DNA of 59,199 nt from Candidatus Neomarinimicrobium atlanticum (GTDB lineage Bacteria > Fidelibacterota > Marinisomatia > Marinisomatales > Marinisomataceae): positions 1 through 59,199 of the forward strand of contig AQSA01000011.1 of assembly GCA_000402815.1 (NCBI GenBank). Reading direction: 5' to 3'. The notes beneath the pieces are model-generated. The model was given only the letters and a program-made list of their open reading frames with translations. It made no database searches and was not told the origin of the DNA. Of this stretch, positions 16,943 to 26,427 are shown one piece after another. Positions within the stretch are counted from its first letter, which is position 1, and each line of letters opens with the position of its first letter. The position numbers and the translations under genes are program-made.

Positions 16943-17966
16943 TTATATCATTACAAAAGCTTGATAAAGCTTTTCTTATATCAAAACTATCTGAATCTAT
17001 TTTCATGCGGTTTAATCGTATTACATATGACTTATTAGAACTTTTTGAGTGGTAGTCAAATCTTGGCATAAATTTTTCGATCAATTCTGAAGCTTCATCT
17101 TTTTCATTTTTCTCAAGATAAATATCTATTAATCGATTAAAGGCATAACTATTGAAATCTTGATCTAAAATTTTTATATATAAACTCTCTACATCATCAA
17201 ATCTTTTCTCATCAAATAAAATATGTTCAATTTTTTTAAAAGCTGTAACACTTCCGCTTGGGTTAGCTTTAGAGAATTGAATAAGATACTCCATTGCTAA
17301 ATCTGTATTATCGATATGGTGCGAGGATAGCTCTAAATAAGACTCACTATACACATAATCTCCTTTGATACTTTTATTTAAATAGTACAGATAATTTTTT
17401 TCATTTTTTTTATCTTTATAGTCCATAGCAACAAAGTAATTTAGCTTCGATTCATCTCTCTTTTTTATCTCAGGGTAGTACTTTATTAGTTTTTTTTCAT
17501 ATTCAAGAGCGTCATTCCATGACCTATTATCAGTGGCAATGTTTTTTAACATTCCTAAGGACCATTTATTTTTTGCATCTATTTCTAACATCTTCTTAAA
17601 CTCATCTTCTGCTCTAACAGTATTTCCAAGGTCTAAGTAATCTAAACCTAAGGCTTGATGAATCTGAATTTTTAGATCATTCGATAACTTTGGTCTAACA
17701 ATAATAGTTTGATGAATCTTAGTAGCCTGATCAATATCTCTATCTCTTAGAAGATTTCCTAAAAGTAGATATGCCTCTGTATTGTTTGAGTCTTTAGCTA
17801 TAATACCTTTTAAGATTTTATATGCTTTCTTATGATTATTATCAATAATTGCCTTTAAGGCCTGATTATATACTTCAATATCACTTGGTTGTTGTGATGG
17901 TCTTCTATTAATGAAGTAGAAAGCAAGGACTGCAATAAAAATGAGAAGGAAATAAATAGTATTCAG
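16920..17966 (-). CDS. lapB: LPS assembly protein B (TPR); extended to a CTG start; lacks the C-terminal rubredoxin domain
   Basis: Frame is open 125 codons upstream of the called ATG: TM segment, EAYLLLGNLLR, ATKIHQTIIVRP, ALGLDYLDLG; AAGGAG 8 nt before CTG; follows lapA. Confidence 0.8.
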   Translation of the reverse strand: MNTIYFLLIFIAVLAFYFINRRPSQQPSDIEVYNQALKAIIDNNHKKAYKILKGIIAKDSNNTEAYLLLGNLLRDRDIDQATKIHQTIIVRPKLSNDLKIQIHQALGLDYLDLGNTVRAEDEFKKMLEIDAKNKWSLGMLKNIATDNRSWNDALEYEKKLIKYYPEIKKRDESKLNYFVAMDYKDKKNEKNYLYYLNKSIKGDYVYSESYLELSSHHIDNTDLAMEYLIQFSKANPSGSVTAFKKIEHILFDEKRFDDVESLYIKILDQDFNSYAFNRLIDIYLEKNEKDEASELIEKFMPRFDYHSKSSNKSYVIRLNRMKIDSDSFDIRKALSSFCNDIIENENIN

Positions 17967-17971
17967 GATAC

Positions 17972-18283
17972 TTACTCCTTTTCAGTGAAACTAAACTCTT
18001 CGCCAACAGCTACATTTCGTAGGCTATCAAGCTCTTCTGAAATTTCTTTATTAGTCTTGACAAGATTTGATATTTCTGATCGATAAGAAAATACAGATTT
18101 CAATGAAATTACATATCCAACCACAACACCAATCATTATAAATACTATATAAAATATAAATCCAGGTAATGTTATATCATTTTTGAAAAAATATATTGTA
18201 ATAGGATTCATATTCAAGTGAAATAACCAATATGTTCCTCCCAATGCACCCAATAAAAATAATACTCTTAATACTCTAAACAT
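17972..18283 (-). CDS. lapA: LapA-family membrane protein
   Basis: Two TM segments, NMNPITIYFF, coiled-coil tail; directly upstream of lapB. Confidence 0.75.
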   Translation of the reverse strand: MFRVLRVLFLLGALGGTYWLFHLNMNPITIYFFKNDITLPGFIFYIVFIMIGVVVGYVISLKSVFSYRSEISNLVKTNKEISEELDSLRNVAVGEEFSFTEKE

Positions 18284-19608
18284 TATGCTCCTGTTATTTC
18301 TTTTCCACGTAAAATTACTCCACTAGCCTCTGTAATCTCTACTGGAATAATATCCTTAATTTTACTATGATTTTTTTCTACAATCACCCATTCATTTGAA
18401 TCCGTTCTTCCAGCCCAATGGTCTGCAGATTTCTTACTTTCTTTTTCTATTAAAACTTGTTCAAAGTTTCCAACTTTTTGCAAGTTCAATTCAAGGGTAT
18501 GCTTTCGTTGCAATATGAGCATCTCATCCAATCTATCTTTCTTAACTTGTTCTGAAATTTGATTTGAAAATTGCTCTGCTCTTGTATAAGGCCTAGAAGA
18601 ATATTTAAAAGTGAAAGCAGTATTAAATTTAATTTTTTCCATCAAGTCTAACGTCTCTCTAAACTGTTCATCAGTTTCTCCTGGAAATCCTACTATAATA
18701 TCTGTGGATAGACCGCAATTAGGCATGATTTCTCTTATTTTTTCAGCCATATAATAAAAATGTTCTCTAGTATATGTTCGATTCATGCGCTTTAGCAACT
18801 CATTTGATCCTGACTGCATCGGGAAATGAACATAGTTGCAAATATTATTTCTTGATGCCATAACCTCTAGTAGCTCCACATTAATGTCCTGTGGATGAGG
18901 AGATGTATATCTAATTCTTTTAACACCTGGGATATCGGATACTGCTAATAATAAATCTGCAAAAGACTGTTTTTCATGCTTATAAGAATTTACGTTTTGC
19001 CCTAAAAGTGTTATTTCAACAAAACCTTGATCAACTGCCTTTTTTACTTCTGTTACAACACTCTCAACACTCCTACTTCTTTCTCTTCCCCTAGTAAAAG
19101 GTACAATACAAAAAGAGCAAAATTTATCGCATCCTCTCATAATAGAAACCCATGCATTAAATGTGTCTCCTCTACTTGGAAACATATCTTCATAGACTTC
19201 ATATCTTGAAAGCTTAGTATCAACAATACTCTTCTTTTCGGTAAGATGTCTATTCATAAGTTTTGGAATATTTCTGTATGAATCAGGACCTAGAATAATA
19301 TCAACATATGGCTTATTCTTTAATAGGTCATCCTTTAAATTTTGAGCCATACATCCAAGTACTCCAATAATCAAGTGTGGCTTTGAACGCTTTATCTTAT
19401 GGAGATTTCCTAGACGCGAATGAACTTTCACCTCTGCATTTTCTCTAATTGCACAAGTATTGAGGAAGATTGCATCAGCATCATGTAAATCTTGTGTTTT
19501 TTCTAACCCTAAGTTTAACAATATCCCCTCTACAAGTTCAGAATCGGCTGTATTCATTTGACAGCCATATGTCTCAAGGACAAATTTTTTAATGGGCAAT
19601 GGTTGCAT
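18283..19608 (-). CDS. miaB: tRNA-2-methylthio-N6-dimethylallyladenosine synthase
   Basis: TYGCQMN, NTCAIRE, radical-SAM GCDKFCSFC, QNVNSY, TRAM domain. Confidence 0.96.
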   Translation of the reverse strand: MQPLPIKKFVLETYGCQMNTADSELVEGILLNLGLEKTQDLHDADAIFLNTCAIRENAEVKVHSRLGNLHKIKRSKPHLIIGVLGCMAQNLKDDLLKNKPYVDIILGPDSYRNIPKLMNRHLTEKKSIVDTKLSRYEVYEDMFPSRGDTFNAWVSIMRGCDKFCSFCIVPFTRGRERSRSVESVVTEVKKAVDQGFVEITLLGQNVNSYKHEKQSFADLLLAVSDIPGVKRIRYTSPHPQDINVELLEVMASRNNICNYVHFPMQSGSNELLKRMNRTYTREHFYYMAEKIREIMPNCGLSTDIIVGFPGETDEQFRETLDLMEKIKFNTAFTFKYSSRPYTRAEQFSNQISEQVKKDRLDEMLILQRKHTLELNLQKVGNFEQVLIEKESKKSADHWAGRTDSNEWVIVEKNHSKIKDIIPVEITEASGVILRGKEITGA

Positions 19609-20505
19609 TTATTTGATATTTCCTGTGAAGAAATGTTTTATTGGATCTACGGTCTTTTTATTTTTATGCACTTCATAGTGTAAATGAAATCCAGCAGCTC
19701 TCCCACTATTTCCAGACTTACCAATGACATCGCCACGCTTAACTTTCTGACCTTTTTTAACCTTAATCTTATATAAGTGAGCATAAACTGTTTCATAGCC
19801 ATATCCATGATCAATTTTTATATATCTTCCCCATCCAGAATCATATTGAGCCTTTTTTACAACTCCATCTCCAGTAGCTAGTACATCCGTATTAAGATTT
19901 ACTGCAAAATCTAGACCAGAGTGCATTCTTCTTTTTCCGTCGATAGGATCTGTTCTATAGCCATATTTTGATCCAACATACCCTTTAACGGGTGAAATGG
20001 ATGGAATATGCGAATACATTTTTTCATTAGATTTAATTTTATTAAAGATAGTACTATAACTATCTTTTTCAACATTCACAGCATAGGATAGTGAATCAAT
20101 TTTATCTTTTAATTGAAATAAAATACTTGAAGGATCTTTATCTTCAATAGTTATTTCTTCTACAGAACCTCCAGTACCTTGAATCTTAATATCCTCACTT
20201 AGAGGTGGTATAGCAGCATATGTTCTAAGCTCTTTATCTCTTTCTTCAATTAACACTAACTCTTGTTCAAGTTCAGCTATTTTAGTTAAAAGCTCTTGAG
20301 ATACATCTGCATATTTTTCATCTGTTTCTTTTAATTTATCTTTATAATACTGACTAGAAAACTCTAAAGACAGATAGTAATTAGCTCCAATAAAAACAAA
20401 AACAATTAAAGCAAGACTGGTAACAATATTTAGTACTGAAAAATTTACTTGATGTAATCTTTCTGAGGATAAATATTGAAAAGAGAAGAATTTTTTCTTT
20501 ATCAC
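19609..20505 (-). CDS. M23-family metallopeptidase with TM anchor and coiled coil
   Basis: HSGLD, YAHL, FHLHYEV motifs. Confidence 0.92.
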   Translation of the reverse strand: MIKKKFFSFQYLSSERLHQVNFSVLNIVTSLALIVFVFIGANYYLSLEFSSQYYKDKLKETDEKYADVSQELLTKIAELEQELVLIEERDKELRTYAAIPPLSEDIKIQGTGGSVEEITIEDKDPSSILFQLKDKIDSLSYAVNVEKDSYSTIFNKIKSNEKMYSHIPSISPVKGYVGSKYGYRTDPIDGKRRMHSGLDFAVNLNTDVLATGDGVVKKAQYDSGWGRYIKIDHGYGYETVYAHLYKIKVKKGQKVKRGDVIGKSGNSGRAAGFHLHYEVHKNKKTVDPIKHFFTGNIK

Positions 20506-20508
20506 AAT

Positions 20509-20826
20509 CTACTCTTCCTCTTTAGCTACTTCTTTATTGTCGTGATTCATAGCTTGTTTCTTATCTGCAATTCTCTTTTTTATTTCTTCTACATTTTCAA
20601 CGAGTCCAAGATAGCGTTTATCTCCAACGAAATTGAGAACATTTTTTTCCTGTGTTTTAGCAAATACATATAATCCTAACTTAACATATAGCCCAGATAA
20701 TTTTCTCTCAAGCTGTAGAATATCTATACGAAGCTTACTAGTATGAGTAAATTCTTCTGCCTTCTCTGAAGCAACTACGCTCCATTCAGAAATATTGTTT
20801 TTGAATTCTTCCCAAAATTTATTCAT
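20509..20826 (-). CDS. Hypothetical helical protein
   Basis: 105-aa ORF in operon position with an upstream promoter-like sequence; no family recognised. Confidence 0.7.
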   Translation of the reverse strand: MNKFWEEFKNNISEWSVVASEKAEEFTHTSKLRIDILQLERKLSGLYVKLGLYVFAKTQEKNVLNFVGDKRYLGLVENVEEIKKRIADKKQAMNHDNKEVAKEEE

Positions 20827-20833
20827 AGCTTAG

Positions 20834-20862
20834 AATTTATACGATGAAAACAAATATAGCAA
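20834..20862 (-). promoter_or_regulatory. Putative sigma70 promoter TTGCTA-N17-TAAATT, 7 nt before ATG
   Basis: Read directly from the sequence; lies just downstream of the ftsZ terminator. Confidence 0.45.
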
Positions 20863-20873
20863 AGAGTTAAAGA

Positions 20874-20903
20874 GGCTCCCAAACTAAGGATTAGTTGGGA
20901 GCC
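20874..20903 (-). terminator. Intrinsic terminator of the dcw operon
   Basis: GGCTCCCAACTAA-TCC-TTAGTTTGGGAGCC (one bulge) followed by TCTTTAACTCTTT. Confidence 0.8.
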
Positions 20904-20929
20904 ATCTCGTTTATTGGTAGCCAACCAAA

Positions 20930-22120
20930 TTATCTTTGTTTTCTAATATAGGCAGGAACATCTAAATCAGCGCTTTGATCAAAATCATCAAACACTAAAG
21001 TAGGTCCATCTTCTTTATTACTACCATTTTTTTCATGGTCATCCATTTGAAAACCTGATTCTGGATTATTTTCTTGATATAAAGTTGTATTAGGTGAATC
21101 CATAAGATCCTCACTATTTCTACTTTGAGAAGTGCGCATATCTACTTTCTCTTCAATAGGCTGACGATTAAATCCAGTGGCGATAACCGTTACTTGTAAC
21201 TGGTCTTGCATATTTTCATCAACACGAGCACCAAAAATTACATCCACATTATCTCCAGCCTCTTCATGAATAAGTTTCATTGCAGTATTTACTTCCATTA
21301 AGCCCATTTGCTTATTACCGGTGATATTTACTAAAACCTTTTGAGCTCCGCTAATTGAGTGAGAATCTAACAATGGACTACAAATAGCTTGTTGTGCTGC
21401 GAGAACAGCTCTTTCTTCACCCCTTGCAGTTCCTGCGCCTATAACTGCATCTCCCATACCGCTCATAACTGATTTAACATCCGCAAAATCAATATTTACA
21501 TTACCCTTCTTATTAATTAAATCTGATATACTTCTAGCTGCTTGCAATAAAATGGCATCTGACTCTTTAAATCCATCTTCAAAGGTCGTAGCATTGTCCA
21601 CAACTGAAATTAATTTCTCATTTGGAACTACGATCAAAGTATCACAGAAATTTCTCATTGAAGCGACACCCTTACGTGCTGCATTCATTTTCTTTGAACC
21701 TTCAAATTCGAATGGTAGAGTAACAATACATACGGTTAATATGCCTAAATCTTTACAGACTTTAGCTACTACTGGAGCTGCACCAGTACCTGTACCTCCA
21801 CCCATCCCAGCGGTTACAAATACTAAATCCGATCCAGCTACTAATGCTTTTAAAGCATCAGTATCATGCATGATAGCTTTACGCCCAATTTCTGGCTTTG
21901 CTCCAGCACCTAACCCTTTCGTTAAATCTTTTCCAATCTGAAGCTTAGTTTCTGCTGGGTTACTTCCTAAATCTTGGGCATCAGTATTAATAGCGATAAA
22001 CTCTACTCCATCCATACCTGAAGTAATCATTCTATTAATTGCATTACCTCCAGCACCTCCAACCCCTAAAACCTTAATCCTCGCTCGCTGGCTTGCTAAC
22101 TCATCAAATTCAAATAACAT
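20930..22120 (-). CDS. ftsZ: Cell division protein FtsZ
   Basis: GVGGAGGNA, GGGTGTG, NIDFAD, DVPAYIR tail. Confidence 0.98.
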   Translation of the reverse strand: MLFEFDELASQRARIKVLGVGGAGGNAINRMITSGMDGVEFIAINTDAQDLGSNPAETKLQIGKDLTKGLGAGAKPEIGRKAIMHDTDALKALVAGSDLVFVTAGMGGGTGTGAAPVVAKVCKDLGILTVCIVTLPFEFEGSKKMNAARKGVASMRNFCDTLIVVPNEKLISVVDNATTFEDGFKESDAILLQAARSISDLINKKGNVNIDFADVKSVMSGMGDAVIGAGTARGEERAVLAAQQAICSPLLDSHSISGAQKVLVNITGNKQMGLMEVNTAMKLIHEEAGDNVDVIFGARVDENMQDQLQVTVIATGFNRQPIEEKVDMRTSQSRNSEDLMDSPNTTLYQENNPESGFQMDDHEKNGSNKEDGPTLVFDDFDQSADLDVPAYIRKQR

Positions 22121-22143
22121 AGTAATCTCCTTTTTATATTTTT

Positions 22144-23385
22144 TTACTCAAAAAAACCTTTCCATATACTGGAAATATTTTTTGTAATTGATTTAAAATT
22201 TTTAACTCCAACAGTTGGACTGCTATCTTCTGTATTAAAGATTGGCCATGATAAAAGACCAATTAGAGTAGATAGTTCTCTACGATCTTCCAGGTTTTCT
22301 TTAAATACAGTATTGCTTATTGACAAATATTCACACTTTGTACCCTCAAAATGCTTTTTAAATAATAAATCTAAATTTCTGACATTAGATCCACCGCCTG
22401 TAATTTTAATACCTGATCTTATATCAGACATATCCATACGTAATAATTTCATTTCAGATTTAATTTGATCTATAATATCCTCATATCTCAATTCTGCAAT
22501 TTCAGATATCTCTTTCTGATTTATACTCTTTGTTAAATCGTCATTTTCGATTGGTAGTTCAAAATTAGATTCAGGATCTGCAAAATCTGATAATGCAGAA
22601 ACATGTTCATGCTTAATTGATTCTGCTCGTTTTATAGATGTTTGAAGATAAGCAGCTATATCTTTTGTAACAGATTTTGACCCTATTGGAATAACTTTAG
22701 AGTGAATTAAGTAATTATCTTTATAGAGAAGCATGTTTGTTTTATCCGCTCCTACATCGATAAACATAACTCCTAAATCTTGATCATCTTTACTTAGACT
22801 TCCTAATGCTGCTGCTAGGCCATCAAAAATTGGATTAACATGAATACTTAAATCATCTCTAAAGCAATGGTCAATTTGCAATAGATTAAAATTTTTGATA
22901 TGAATAACATGTGATTTTGCATCAATAGACCTGCCAATCATTCCCAAGGGATTTCGTATAAGAGATGAACCATCTATAAAAAATCCTCTTTTGATATTAT
23001 GAAGAACATACCTATCAGAGGAAACTTGAATATCAGCGCATTGTGTTAATAATTTTTGTTCAGTAGTCTCATCAACTTCAAATTCAGAATTATCTTTTGA
23101 CCTAATTCTAGTTGATGAATTTATGGATTTAATATTTTTACCAGACACTGAAACCCATGCATCTTCATCAATATTAATTTTAGCATCTTTTTCCATTTTT
23201 TCGATTAAGTATTCTAGGCTGTTTAGCAATGATTCTTTATCTACAATATCTCCGCTATCTATACTATCCGTTTTTATGGAACGAATAGATAGAATCTCTA
23301 TTTGATTTTCATTTATTATTCTTCCAACAGCTCCTTTAATACTAAAAGATCCTAAGTCAAAAGCTACTTGTATTCTATTCTTCAT
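22144..23385 (-). CDS. ftsA: Cell division protein FtsA
   Basis: DLGSFSIKG, IDVGADKT, ITGGGS; between ftsQ and ftsZ. Confidence 0.92.
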   Translation of the reverse strand: MKNRIQVAFDLGSFSIKGAVGRIINENQIEILSIRSIKTDSIDSGDIVDKESLLNSLEYLIEKMEKDAKINIDEDAWVSVSGKNIKSINSSTRIRSKDNSEFEVDETTEQKLLTQCADIQVSSDRYVLHNIKRGFFIDGSSLIRNPLGMIGRSIDAKSHVIHIKNFNLLQIDHCFRDDLSIHVNPIFDGLAAALGSLSKDDQDLGVMFIDVGADKTNMLLYKDNYLIHSKVIPIGSKSVTKDIAAYLQTSIKRAESIKHEHVSALSDFADPESNFELPIENDDLTKSINQKEISEIAELRYEDIIDQIKSEMKLLRMDMSDIRSGIKITGGGSNVRNLDLLFKKHFEGTKCEYLSISNTVFKENLEDRRELSTLIGLLSWPIFNTEDSSPTVGVKNFKSITKNISSIWKGFFE

Positions 23386-24137
23386 TATATTTCTTCCACC
23401 ACTATTTGTCTCTTATATCTTAAATCTATATATCTATAACTTTCTAATGTCTTTTCAGGAGGTAGCACTGTTGCAAACGCATTTAAGTTGTCTATCTTTG
23501 CAAAAATATTATCGCCACCTAATAATATTTTTGTTCTTCCATTTTTTAAAATAATTTCATACTCACTATTTTCATTAAATACAAACTCTGAGATATTCAT
23601 ATATAATGAATCAAAATTTTCTTTAGAATATTTAATGACATCAATAGATTTTAAAACATTTGAAGACTTAGTTTTCTTGCCTTTCTCATACAGCTCTTGA
23701 TTATTTTTAAAATTTGAAAGAATAGGTAATGAAATTTCACAGTATTCAACAGGCAAACATATCCCCTCAGAATCAAGGATAATCAAATCATTTGCACTGA
23801 TCATAGCTAAAGGCTCTCTTTCGTAAACTTCTACCTTAACAGTACTAGGAAAAACCCTTGATATCTTACAACCTTTTATATGGTCTAATGACTCTATATC
23901 GCTTTTATAACCTTTTAGATTGGATAAGAAAATATTCTGATCTTTTATACTTTTTTTATATTCTATCAATACGGTATCATCAAAATAATTAATACCTTCA
24001 ATTTTTACATCTTTTACAATAAAGGTTTTATTGAATTGTGCCCATTTAATAGACCCAAAAAGTGAAATTCCTATCAGGATTAAGCATAGTAGTGGCTGAT
24101 GAACGACATTATAGATTTTTATCAAATTATTCTTCAT
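23385..24137 (-). CDS. ftsQ: Cell division protein FtsQ/DivIB
   Basis: TM + POTRA (SRVFPSTVKVEVYEREP), C-terminal YIDLRY. Confidence 0.88.
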   Translation of the reverse strand: MKNNLIKIYNVVHQPLLCLILIGISLFGSIKWAQFNKTFIVKDVKIEGINYFDDTVLIEYKKSIKDQNIFLSNLKGYKSDIESLDHIKGCKISRVFPSTVKVEVYEREPLAMISANDLIILDSEGICLPVEYCEISLPILSNFKNNQELYEKGKKTKSSNVLKSIDVIKYSKENFDSLYMNISEFVFNENSEYEIILKNGRTKILLGGDNIFAKIDNLNAFATVLPPEKTLESYRYIDLRYKRQIVVEEI

Positions 24138-25063
24138 AACGCATTAATCTCCTCAGCACTAAAACCTAATAATTTAACTTCTAGCTCTAATTCGATATCA
24201 AACTTTTCTTTCACAGTATGTTTTGCTTCTTTTATAAGTTTCATCATATCATCAGCTTTTGCATTTCCATTATTTACAAAAAAATTTGCATGCTTGTTAG
24301 AAATCTGAGCATCTCCTCTTTTCAAACCCTTCAATCCTGATTGATCAATTAACATACCTGCAGAGTGTTTAGAAGAAGGATTTTTAAATACGCTACCAGC
24401 AGAACGATAATTCAATGGTTGTGTACTCTTTCTACCAGATTTTGCTAATTCAAAGTTATCTTGAATAATTTCTTTTGGTGATTTTTTGAGCTTGAATGTA
24501 GCTGAAAGTAAAATAGTATTTTTATTGAAAGAAGAAGACCTATAAGCAAAATCAATATCTGATTTAGAGATTAATTGAATTTCATTTTTTTCATCTAAAA
24601 GCTCTACTGTTTGTAAATTTTCTGATATTTCTCCGCCCCAAGCACCTGCATTCATCATTAATGCTCCGCCTAATGTTCCAGGAACTCCAATAAGATTTTC
24701 CAGTCCTTTTAAATCATGCTTCATGGACTCTTTTACTATTTTTCCTAGCATAATTCCACATTCCACATAAATTTCATCTGTATCAATATTAATCTCTCTT
24801 AAACAATGCTTAATTGACACTACAACTCCCTTAATACCTTCATCGCTTATTAATAAATTTGATCCTGAACCTATAATAGTTACTACTTCTTTATGTTCTT
24901 TAGATAACTTGACAACCTCAATCAGGTCTTCTTTATTTGATGGCAAGACAAATAGCTCAGCTGGCCCTCCAATTCCATATGTTGTATGTTTTTTCATTGG
25001 TTCATTAATTGATACAGTAGCATTCGTTGTATTTAAAATCTTATCGCTTAAAGAATGAATCAT
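24134..25063 (-). CDS. murB: UDP-N-acetylenolpyruvoylglucosamine reductase
   Basis: GSGSNLL, GVPGTLGG, MNAGA, SAGSVFKNP, HANFFVN. Confidence 0.96.
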   Translation of the reverse strand: MIHSLSDKILNTTNATVSINEPMKKHTTYGIGGPAELFVLPSNKEDLIEVVKLSKEHKEVVTIIGSGSNLLISDEGIKGVVVSIKHCLREINIDTDEIYVECGIMLGKIVKESMKHDLKGLENLIGVPGTLGGALMMNAGAWGGEISENLQTVELLDEKNEIQLISKSDIDFAYRSSSFNKNTILLSATFKLKKSPKEIIQDNFELAKSGRKSTQPLNYRSAGSVFKNPSSKHSAGMLIDQSGLKGLKRGDAQISNKHANFFVNNGNAKADDMMKLIKEAKHTVKEKFDIELELEVKLLGFSAEEINAL

Positions 25064-26427
25064 TGCATACTCTCACTTAGTTTATCAGCAAATCTCCAAA
25101 TATTACCTGCTCCGACTGTTAAAATAATGTCACCTTTCATGTACTTACTTTTTACATCTGTTATCAGAGATTCAGTAGTAATATTAAAAACATTATTGTG
25201 ATTTAATTCTTTAAGATATTTCACAATCTTTTCTGAGGTAATAGAAGCATCTATTTTTTCTCTAGAAGCAAAGATTTCTGTTACAAAAACTAAATCAGCA
25301 TCTTGTAAAGCTTCTGCAAATTCTTTATAAAATTGCTTAGTTCTTGAATAGAGATGAGGTTGAAAAATTACAAGAAGCCTTCTATCCCAATTACTCTTAA
25401 TTGCTTTAATAACACTTGATACTTCTACTGGATGGTGAGCATAGTCATCAATAATCATCAAATCATTATTTTGAATCTTAATATCAAATCTTCTTTTTAC
25501 ACCTGAAAACATTTTTAAGCTGCGGCTAATATCTTCTAAAGATAGGCCCATAGTTTTACATACAGAGATAGCTGCTAGAGCATTAAAAATATTATACTCT
25601 CCTGGAACATTCATTGAAAATGGATAGCTTTGCTCTTTAAAAATCAGATCAAATACGACTTTCCCATTATTATGAACTATGTTAATTGCTCTAAAGTCGA
25701 CATCATCAGACTCTATACCGTAAGTAACAATTGGCTTATCAATTGACGGTATAATAGCTGCAGCATTTTCTGAATCCTTACAAATACTGACCATGCCATA
25801 AAAAGGAACTGAATTAGCAAACTCAATAAATGCACCTTTAAGGTCATCTATGTCTTTATAGCAATCAATATGCTCCAAATCAATATTGTTAATTACTGCT
25901 ATAGTTGGAGATAGTTGTAAAAAAGTTCTATTAAATTCATCAGCTTCTACAACAAAGGTATCTCCGGATCCTAGCACAGAATTGGTATTGATAGATTTCA
26001 CTACTCCTCCAACAATAATAGTAGGATCTAAGTTGGAATCTTTCAATATCGATCCAATCATAGATGTTGTTGTGGTCTTTCCATGTGTTCCAGAAATTCC
26101 TACTGTAGAACTTTTTAACTTCGCTAGCTGAGATATTATTTGTCCTCTAGAGTAACATTGAATATTTCTATCATTTGCCTCAATCAATTCAACATTATCT
26201 TTTGGGATAGCATCAGAGTAAACTACAATTTCGGCTGATGAAATATTGCTTCTATCATGTCCAATTGATATAGGAATATCTAATTTTTTTAGCCTATCTG
26301 TATTTGATGATTCCGATAAATCTGAACCAGTAATCTTAAAATTTTGATTAAATAAAAGCTCAGCAATTCCACTCATACCAATTCCACCGATACCAATAAA
26401 ATGTATTCTGTTTATACTAGACAGCAT
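25060..26427 (-). CDS. murC: UDP-N-acetylmuramate--L-alanine ligase
   Basis: IGIGGIGMSGIA, GTHGKTTT, EADE, DDYAHHP, FQPHLYSRT. Confidence 0.97.
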   Translation of the reverse strand: MLSSINRIHFIGIGGIGMSGIAELLFNQNFKITGSDLSESSNTDRLKKLDIPISIGHDRSNISSAEIVVYSDAIPKDNVELIEANDRNIQCYSRGQIISQLAKLKSSTVGISGTHGKTTTTSMIGSILKDSNLDPTIIVGGVVKSINTNSVLGSGDTFVVEADEFNRTFLQLSPTIAVINNIDLEHIDCYKDIDDLKGAFIEFANSVPFYGMVSICKDSENAAAIIPSIDKPIVTYGIESDDVDFRAINIVHNNGKVVFDLIFKEQSYPFSMNVPGEYNIFNALAAISVCKTMGLSLEDISRSLKMFSGVKRRFDIKIQNNDLMIIDDYAHHPVEVSSVIKAIKSNWDRRLLVIFQPHLYSRTKQFYKEFAEALQDADLVFVTEIFASREKIDASITSEKIVKYLKELNHNNVFNITTESLITDVKSKYMKGDIILTVGAGNIWRFADKLSESMQ

